This document shows positions 14,591-20,000 of a stretch of 20,000 nucleotides of DNA, piece by piece; within the stretch, counting starts at the first letter, position 1; every line of letters starts with the position of its first letter. Under the pieces are notes generated by a model, which worked only from the letters and a program-made list of their open reading frames with translations, had not been told where the DNA came from and ran no database searches. Both the position numbers and the translations under genes were made by a program. The DNA is from an uncultured virus (IMG/VR IMGVR_UViG_3300048576_000363). Lineage: Duplodnaviria; Heunggongvirae; Uroviricota; Caudoviricetes. The stretch spans positions 110,640 through 130,639 of IMG/VR virus record IMGVR_UViG_3300048576_000363. The stretch is one strand, 5' to 3'.

Positions 14591-15343
14591 ATGAAATGTA
14601 CATCATGTAATTGGATAGGAAGTAGAGGCGAATTAGTCATAGATAGACGTCTTGGTCAAAACTGTTTAGACGAGAATTTCTTTAAACTTACAAACTGGAA
14701 CTGTTGTCCAAGATGTAATCGGACTTTAATAGTAAAAGATTCACATAATGAAATAAGTTTAGCTTTCAACAATTCTGTGTTTTGTATTGACTCTCCCTTA
14801 CACAATAAACCAACTCATATTCATTTATGCAGGATTTTAGATTTTTCTGTCTCACCTTTTGGTATTTCGTTTTTAGGTTATAAAACACCTGCACATTTAG
14901 CACAAACTTTTAAACTAACTGTACTTTTAAACGGATTCGAAGATCATAAATTTGAATCTTTAATAATTTTAAAAATGCTTTATGAAGCTCATAAAAATAA
15001 ATATCGTTGTGTAAGCAAAGACTATAATGGCTATAAATTGTTTGGAAATGAAGGAGGCATACCTTCAGGCATATATCCTTTTATAAAGTGCTCCTTTTGT
15101 GCAAGATACTATGAATACACAACAAATCAAAAAAATGGTTGGCCCTTATCTATTGCTGAAATAGAAAAAATCAAAACAAATAAAGTACGAAAACTTTTAG
15201 ACTCTGTATCTCCTCGAAGTAATAACAAGTTTTCAATGTTGTTTGGTTCTAAAGAAATTGAAGAAGAACAAACAATTTGTTGTTGTAATGAAATCTCTAA
15301 CACATTAGATTGTGCATTTCACAAACCTACAAAGTTACAATAA
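14591..15343 (+). CDS. Cys-rich hypothetical protein with N-terminal Zn ribbon, 250 aa
   Basis: MKCTSC...CCPRC, CSFC and CCC...CAFH; long ORF with no competing frame. Confidence 0.7.
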   Translation: MKCTSCNWIGSRGELVIDRRLGQNCLDENFFKLTNWNCCPRCNRTLIVKDSHNEISLAFNNSVFCIDSPLHNKPTHIHLCRILDFSVSPFGISFLGYKTPAHLAQTFKLTVLLNGFEDHKFESLIILKMLYEAHKNKYRCVSKDYNGYKLFGNEGGIPSGIYPFIKCSFCARYYEYTTNQKNGWPLSIAEIEKIKTNKVRKLLDSVSPRSNNKFSMLFGSKEIEEEQTICCCNEISNTLDCAFHKPTKLQ

Positions 15344-15344
15344 A

Positions 15345-15644
15345 ATGTCATCTACAATGTTATTTAAAAATATGAAGATAGGTCAATTATTCTATTGCTT
15401 TGGCGATGAAGTTCTAAATTATAACTATCCTAAAATTTGTTTGATGATCAAGCGCGATGAAAAAAGTGCTACAGAATTAGATGATCATTGGGAAAATCAA
15501 TGTTTTGGTTGTTCTACATTAATGGATGAAAATGAAAAATGTGATGTTTTTGATGAGAAAGATATTGAGAATATTGAAGAACATGATCTTATTAAGAAAA
15601 ATATAGCTTCTTTGTATGCTAGATATCTAAAATTCAAAACTTAA
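15345..15644 (+). CDS. hypothetical protein, about 99 aa
   Basis: ATG at 15345 directly after the upstream TAA is preferred to the GTG at 15312; ends at the convergent hairpin. Confidence 0.65.
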   Translation: MSSTMLFKNMKIGQLFYCFGDEVLNYNYPKICLMIKRDEKSATELDDHWENQCFGCSTLMDENEKCDVFDEKDIENIEEHDLIKKNIASLYARYLKFKT

Positions 15645-15675
15645 CTATGATAACGAATTTTCTATCATAGTTAAG
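15640..15675. terminator. perfect 13-bp inverted repeat between convergent genes (putative bidirectional terminator)
   Basis: cttaactatgata (15640-15652) and tatcatagttaag (15663-15675), 10-nt loop. No clear U-tract. Confidence 0.55.
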
Positions 15676-15683
15676 CAATTGAA

Positions 15684-16565
15684 TCAGTACAAATTATTTT
15701 TCAAAGCATACTCATAAACATTCATATCCATATACTTCCTTATTTCAACATATTGTTCTTCAGTAAGTTTATGTTCTCTTACAAGATCGCGTAAATAGGT
15801 GGAAGAAATACACACAGGAGGATCATCAGGATCAAGGTATCTATGAGGAGCTTGTAAACACCAGTCAGCTTTAAATTCTACAGCTTGACGCTTTACTACA
15901 ACAAAAGGCACCATTTTTAGCAAATCTTCATAGTTTGACCATTGCTCTATAGTATTTGCATTATCAAGACCAATAATCAAACTAAAAGAGTATTTATCTT
16001 TGAATTCTGCATCATTCATCAGTTTTTTCATAAAATGATACGTTTCGCCTTGAAACTCATTTTTTATTTCATAATCAAAGATCTTAATGCGTGCATCAGC
16101 TTTTGCAGCAATCCTACACATCTCTAAACGATGCTGCGCATCAGTAAGTTTTTTGCCATATAAATGCTGAAAACAAGGAGTAATCCATACTTCATCATAA
16201 TCGCTGCTATGATTCAAAACAATTTTAGAAACACTAATATGACCATTATGGATCATATCAAATGCTCCTCCATATATTGCAACTCTACGTTTTCTTCCAA
16301 GTGTATGGTATTGCTTTTTCCGTCTATTTATTTTTATTAGGGTCTCTTGAACGACTTCTTCTACAGTCCATCCATTTTCAGAACATGATTGAATCGCAGA
16401 ACATAAAAGATCGCCTGTCTCTTCTTTCAAACCTCTGATATCGACGCTTCTTGTAAGCTCAATGGCTTCATTAAGAATATCAGCATGTCTTTCACGTAAT
16501 GAACTGTGTCCAAAAGCATCTACGAAAACATCGTTCACACTCTTTTGAAGATCATTAGTATCCAT
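15684..16565 (-). CDS. nadD: MazG-like NTP pyrophosphatase domain fused to nicotinate/nicotinamide-nucleotide adenylyltransferase
   Basis: N-terminal helical ..NEAIEL...LKEETGDLL...KINRR (MazG-like); then AIYGGAFDMIHNGH (HxGH), HRLEMC, LIIGLDN..I.QW, VVVKR and ISSTYLR of NadD. Confidence 0.88.
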   Translation of the reverse strand: MDTNDLQKSVNDVFVDAFGHSSLRERHADILNEAIELTRSVDIRGLKEETGDLLCSAIQSCSENGWTVEEVVQETLIKINRRKKQYHTLGRKRRVAIYGGAFDMIHNGHISVSKIVLNHSSDYDEVWITPCFQHLYGKKLTDAQHRLEMCRIAAKADARIKIFDYEIKNEFQGETYHFMKKLMNDAEFKDKYSFSLIIGLDNANTIEQWSNYEDLLKMVPFVVVKRQAVEFKADWCLQAPHRYLDPDDPPVCISSTYLRDLVREHKLTEEQYVEIRKYMDMNVYEYALKNNLY

Positions 16566-16574
16566 TTTACTTCC

Positions 16575-17003
16575 TTAGAGATTATGTTTAGAATTAACTA
16601 GACTGTCAAAGAATGAATTTAAGATAGACCAATCAGTTTCAGGCTCAAAACCCGCACGATCATCAAACAAAACATTAAAATAAAACTTCTTTGAAAAATC
16701 TCCAGTCTTATTACTTTTACACTCGGGATTTGCATTCAAATGCTTAAAAACAATATCGTTTTGCAAACACCATGCAAAAAAAGGTGCAAGATCTTTTTCA
16801 TAAGATGAAGTAAAAAGAATTAATGTAATATCTGGAATTTTTGAAAGCTTTTGCAAAACTTCTTTCGCAAAAGGGTAAACTTTAATCTCATTGCCTGTGT
16901 ATCTTTCAATAACAGTTCCATGAAGATCGACAGCAAAATAAAGCATTTCCCAGTTTCGCTGTTTCTTTTCTTCGTACGCTGTCAAAACAGATTTTAATAT
17001 CAT
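16575..17003 (-). CDS. HAD-superfamily hydrolase-like protein
   Basis: FAVDLHGTV (motif I variant), LILFTS (II), K (III), LFDDRAGF (IV). Confidence 0.75.
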   Translation of the reverse strand: MILKSVLTAYEEKKQRNWEMLYFAVDLHGTVIERYTGNEIKVYPFAKEVLQKLSKIPDITLILFTSSYEKDLAPFFAWCLQNDIVFKHLNANPECKSNKTGDFSKKFYFNVLFDDRAGFEPETDWSILNSFFDSLVNSKHNL

Positions 17004-17010
17004 AACTTAC

Positions 17011-17424
17011 CTACGATTTTGTTGGCCAAACGTATTCTAAATCTATAGACTCTGTCCAACCAAACTGCTTATAATAATCAAACTTCTTTCTTAGCAAATT
17101 ACTACGATGAGAAGCATGAAAATTATCATCACCTAACCATGATGGATAAATAACGCTCTCAACTTCATTAATTGCCATAGTATTATTGTATCCTCGTTCA
17201 ATCCATTCTTGGATACAAACATTCATATACTCTTTTAGTGCTGCTTCGTAAGTCTCCCATTGAAGCACAACAGGATGATTCACCCAACCTCTTTTAATGT
17301 TTTGTTTTCTAGCTTCAAGAGCAATTAAAATTTGCTTACATTCTACTCTTTGTTTACCTAAACGTCTATAATCTAAACATTTTGCTGATTTAACAAAATC
17401 AGAATAAGGTAAGAAAGTTTGCAT
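17011..17424 (-). CDS. pyrimidine-dimer DNA glycosylase/DenV-like (MSMEG_6728 family) protein
   Basis: MQTFLPY.DF..SA..LD..RLGKQRVE..QIL...GW.NHP...W...EWI.RGY...P.WLG...FH.SHRSNLLRK...Y.WP signature. Confidence 0.85.
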   Translation of the reverse strand: MQTFLPYSDFVKSAKCLDYRRLGKQRVECKQILIALEARKQNIKRGWVNHPVVLQWETYEAALKEYMNVCIQEWIERGYNNTMAINEVESVIYPSWLGDDNFHASHRSNLLRKKFDYYKQFGWTESIDLEYVWPTKS

Positions 17425-17497
17425 ATCTTAGTTTCTAAAGAAAAAACAAAACAAGCTAGACACAAAACATTGACATTTTTTCAAAACTAGTTTTTAG

Positions 17498-17749
17498 TTA
17501 ACGTCTTGGAGAGTTTTCTCTTTCTCTAGCAGGAGTCACAGTGATGCTACGACCATTCATAGAAGTATTATTAGCAGACAATGCACTATCTGAATTAGCC
17601 ATCTCAACAAAACCAAAACCGCGTGATCTTCCAGTGTCTCTGTCTTGAATAATTCTCACTGAAGCAACAGGGCCATACTTCTCAAAAAATGCTTTCAGTT
17701 CGTCTTCAGAAGTTTGAAACGGAAGATTACCTACATAAAGTTTACCCAC
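17498..17749 (-). CDS. single-RRM RNA-binding protein
   Basis: RNP2 LYVGNL and RNP1 RGFGFVEM; DRDTGRSRG; GTG start with GGAGG RBS. Confidence 0.95.
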   Translation of the reverse strand: MGKLYVGNLPFQTSEDELKAFFEKYGPVASVRIIQDRDTGRSRGFGFVEMANSDSALSANNTSMNGRSITVTPARERENSPRR

Positions 17750-17883
17750 AAGAAACCTCCATATAAAAAAATAAAAACTCCAAACAATAGGAGTCGAGTT
17801 TTGTAATTATATATCTGCGCACGTGTTGTTTGATTTTTTTTATTGATGAAGCATACAATAATACTTGTATCGTCTTAAAAAAA

Positions 17884-17957
17884 TACCCTGGGAGAGAATT
17901 GAACTCCCAACAGCAAAATTAGAAATTTTGTACTCTATCCATTTGAGTTACCAGGGC
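17884..17957 (-). tRNA. tRNA-Arg(UCU), CCA not encoded
   Basis: GCCCTGG/CCAGGGT acceptor, ACTC/GAGT D stem, CAAAA-TTTCTAA-TTTTG anticodon arm, GGGAG-TTCAATT-CTCTC T arm. Confidence 0.92.
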
Positions 17958-18005
17958 AAGATATTGAATTATATTATTGTCTCTGCATTATTGTCACAAT
18001 ATGTA

Positions 18006-19055
18006 TCATGTAATTTCTTTGATAACTTTATGCTTATTACTCCACAAACTATTCTGTTTCAAGACTGTAACAATTACTCTTTCATAAACATTACATCTTT
18101 TAGCAAGTTCTTCAATCGAGATAAAATATTTATGAAATTCTTTAATTATTTTATTTATTATTTGTTTGTTTCTTATTTTTGAACATGCTAAAGTGTGTCT
18201 TTTAAATGTCGATTCATTATGTAAAACTTTTCCACAAACACAAGTCTTTCTAGTTATACATTCGTTTGGAAAATGCTTATTAAAAAATCTCTTGACAAAA
18301 TGTTTTGTTTTCTTCCATTTTTTTGATAGTTTTAAACTAATATTATCGCTACCTAAAAATAAACTTGCATCATTTAAGTATTTGTCTAATTTACTCTTAA
18401 CTTTGCTTTCTTTAAATTTCAATTCTTTTAACTTTTTTTCTTGTTCAACTTTAAGACGTCTACATTGATACAAAGTATAATCTTCAACACAAATTTCAGT
18501 TTGTTTTGTATTAGACAAAATTTTTAAAATTTGTTTTATTCTTGTTTTAGGTGTTTTAATAAAATCTTTCCAAACTATACGTAATACTTTTACACCTTGT
18601 TTATTTATATACAAATCTTTTTTTGTATCGAAATTTTTTCTTTTTTCATGTTGTTTCCCATCAATTTCAACAGCTAGTTTTAATTTAAAAAAATAAAAAT
18701 CAACACGATAAAAACTAAAAGGAAATTCTCTAAAAAAATCTTTATCTTTTTCATAACCATTATTAATTAAAATTTTTTCAAAAAACTCTTCAGCATAAGA
18801 AAATCTATTCCAACCCTTTGATCTTCCTATCATTATCTCAGATTGTGTTCTTTGAATGTCTTTAAGAATTTCATCAAGTTTTGCTTTTGTACACCATTTT
18901 TCTTTGTAAAGTTGTTTTTTTGTTGCTCCCTCAAGATATCTTTTTCTTACTTCATTTATTTTTATTTGCTCAATACAAGCTTTAAAATGTCTAGAATAAC
19001 TTGATATGCGAATTTCTTTACCACATTTTTCACAATTTTTATAATTCATAAGCAT
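18006..19055 (-). CDS. DUF559/Vsr-like putative homing endonuclease with two CCHC-type Zn fingers and a C-terminal HTH
   Basis: SYAEEFF...REFPF.FYRVDF....KLAVEIDGKQH......D.KKD......GVKVLRI.W; CEKC..RHFKAC and CVC..RHTLAC; C-terminal SIEELAKRCNV. Free-standing between tRNA genes. Confidence 0.8.
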   Translation of the reverse strand: MLMNYKNCEKCGKEIRISSYSRHFKACIEQIKINEVRKRYLEGATKKQLYKEKWCTKAKLDEILKDIQRTQSEIMIGRSKGWNRFSYAEEFFEKILINNGYEKDKDFFREFPFSFYRVDFYFFKLKLAVEIDGKQHEKRKNFDTKKDLYINKQGVKVLRIVWKDFIKTPKTRIKQILKILSNTKQTEICVEDYTLYQCRRLKVEQEKKLKELKFKESKVKSKLDKYLNDASLFLGSDNISLKLSKKWKKTKHFVKRFFNKHFPNECITRKTCVCGKVLHNESTFKRHTLACSKIRNKQIINKIIKEFHKYFISIEELAKRCNVYERVIVTVLKQNSLWSNKHKVIKEIT

Positions 19056-19066
19056 CTTATTAAAAA

Positions 19067-19138
19067 TACTCCTGCCAGGAATTGAACCTGAATCTTGCGA
19101 TTCGTAATCGCGTACTTTATCCTTTAAGCTACAGGAGC
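19067..19138 (-). tRNA. tRNA-Arg(ACG), CCA not encoded
   Basis: GCTCCTG/CAGGAGT acceptor, CGCGA-TTACGAA-TCGCA anticodon arm (27-43 mismatch), TCAGG-TTCAATT-CCTGG T arm. Confidence 0.9.
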
Positions 19139-19143
19139 GAAAA

Positions 19144-19215
19144 AGCGGTAGAGCAGATTCGAACTGCTGACATCTTCTTTGGCAAAGAAGGATTCTACCT
19201 CTGAACTACTACCGC
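19144..19215 (-). tRNA. tRNA-Gly(GCC), CCA not encoded
   Basis: GCGGTAG/CTACCGC acceptor, discriminator U, CTTCT-TTGCCAA-AGAAG anticodon arm, AGCAG-TTCGAAT-CTGCT T arm. Confidence 0.93.
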
Positions 19216-19502
19216 ATAACTTGTCGTTTTTCGTTTGCTAATTTATTTACATACAAATCAACTGCATTGTGACCCAAAATTCTTTTTGATTCGAATTCAT
19301 CATAATTTTGATCTGCAACTTCTATTAACCACGGATACGTTTTAATAATTTTCATTAAAATTAACAACTCAGGACTTGGATCTTCAGTACTTAATGAACC
19401 CATTTGAAGATCAAGTGCTCTTTCAACACTCGCTTGTGTATATCCGTAATTTGCATTCAATTCAACTAAAAATTCTTCTATAAATGTCATATAAACTTTC
19501 AT
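19209..19502 (-). CDS. putative XRE/MqsA-like HTH protein
   Basis: GYTQASVERALDL..G.L...PSPELLILMKIIKTYPWL resembles an HTH plus the PS...L+.+...P motif of MqsA/HigA-type C-terminal domains. Start is ATG at 19502 or 19490; TAG stop lies inside tRNA-Gly(GCC). Confidence 0.6.
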   Translation of the reverse strand: MKVYMTFIEEFLVELNANYGYTQASVERALDLQMGSLSTEDPSPELLILMKIIKTYPWLIEVADQNYDEFESKRILGHNAVDLYVNKLANEKRQVMR

Positions 19503-19509
19503 AAAAATA

Positions 19510-19580
19510 AGCAACCGATCAGATTTGAACTGATGACTTCGCTTTGGAAGAGCAAGATGTTTCCACTACAACACGGTTGC
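19510..19580 (-). tRNA. tRNA-Gly(UCC), CCA not encoded
   Basis: GCAACCG/CGGTTGC acceptor, discriminator U, TTGCT-CTTCCAA-AGCGA anticodon arm, ATCAG-TTCAAAT-CTGAT T arm. Confidence 0.88.
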
Positions 19581-20000
19581 AATAATATTCTTTCCAATCT
19601 AAACCTTGATATTTTTTACTTCCTGTTCTTTTTTTAATATATGTTTGTTTATCAATATCAGGGAAGTTTAAACGTAAAAATTTTCTGATACTAGTTCCAG
19701 ATATTCCTAATTTATTTTTTGCTTCTTTAAGCCATCCTCGTTTAGACATATCAATAGTTTTAAGAATTTCTAATTTGTTTTTAATTTCTTCTTGTCTTTT
19801 ATCTTCTTTTTGTTTTTTCTTAAAATTTTCTCGTTTAATTATTTCATCTAACAAGTTTAATGTCTTCAATTGTGTTTTTGTCAACTTATTTATTTCTATT
19901 TCTTGTTCTTTTTCGTTTTTTAAAACTCTTAAAGTTTCTTCTAATATTTGTTTTGTATTATTGAATAACACTTTAAAAGAAATTCTTAACACCTTATAAC
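19519..20000 (-). CDS. C-terminal part of a second DUF559-like putative homing endonuclease (5' end outside the window)
   Basis: The frame is open to the window edge and reads YKVLRISFK, matching VKVLRIVWK of 18006-19055. Lys-rich, with a C-terminal HTH-like IDMSKRGWLKEAKNKLGISGTSIRKFLRLNFP. Confidence 0.65.
   Translation of the reverse strand, partial: YKVLRISFKVLFNNTKQILEETLRVLKNEKEQEIEINKLTKTQLKTLNLLDEIIKRENFKKKQKEDKRQEEIKNKLEILKTIDMSKRGWLKEAKNKLGISGTSIRKFLRLNFPDIDKQTYIKKRTGSKKYQGLDWKEYYCNRVVVETSCSSKAKSSVQI

Noticed and set aside
17915..17930. Possible amber suppressor (CUA) reading of the tRNA loop TTTCTAA
   Set aside because: The 5-bp stem CAAAA/TTTTG fixes a 7-nt loop with UCU at positions 34-36, so this is tRNA-Arg.
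15942..19999. Plus-strand ORFs 15942, 17865, 18166 and 19775
   Set aside because: Antisense to nadD, a tRNA or the endonuclease genes; Phe/Leu-rich shadow composition.
1..20000. Stop-codon reassignment (code 15 or 4), common in large phages
   Set aside because: Long conserved genes are intact in code 11 and end at sensible TAA, TGA or TAG codons with tight packing.
1..20000. CRISPR array, integrase or transposase
   Set aside because: No regularly spaced direct repeats and no recombinase or transposase motifs seen.

Overview
AT-rich, densely coding 20-kb segment that looks like part of a large or jumbo bacteriophage genome in genetic code 11. Almost everything is on the minus strand, apart from a three-gene plus-strand block at 14271-15644. 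Nucleotide metabolism and replication genes: class II ribonucleotide reductase with an active-site HNH-type intein, a metallophosphoesterase, a Hel308/Ski2-like helicase fused to topoisomerase-type Zn ribbons, an NrdG-like radical SAM protein and a partial AAA+ ATPase. Host-like and accessory genes: SpoVG, an RRM protein, a DUF932 protein, an apparently inactive GIY-YIG protein, a MazG-like/NadD fusion, a HAD hydrolase and a DenV-like glycosylase. The window ends in a tRNA array (Gly-UCC, Gly-GCC, Arg-ACG, Arg-UCU) interleaved with two DUF559-like endonucleases. Three small ORFs missing from the ORF track were read by hand: two Zn-finger proteins and one very acidic peptide. Most notable observations: two CDSs whose stop codons lie inside tRNA genes, the MazG-NadD fusion, the acidic DNA-mimic candidate, a recurring 17-bp intergenic motif, RBS-sequestering hairpins, and a shared N-terminal motif on four otherwise unrelated hypothetical proteins. 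All family assignments come from motif recognition by eye, not from database searches.
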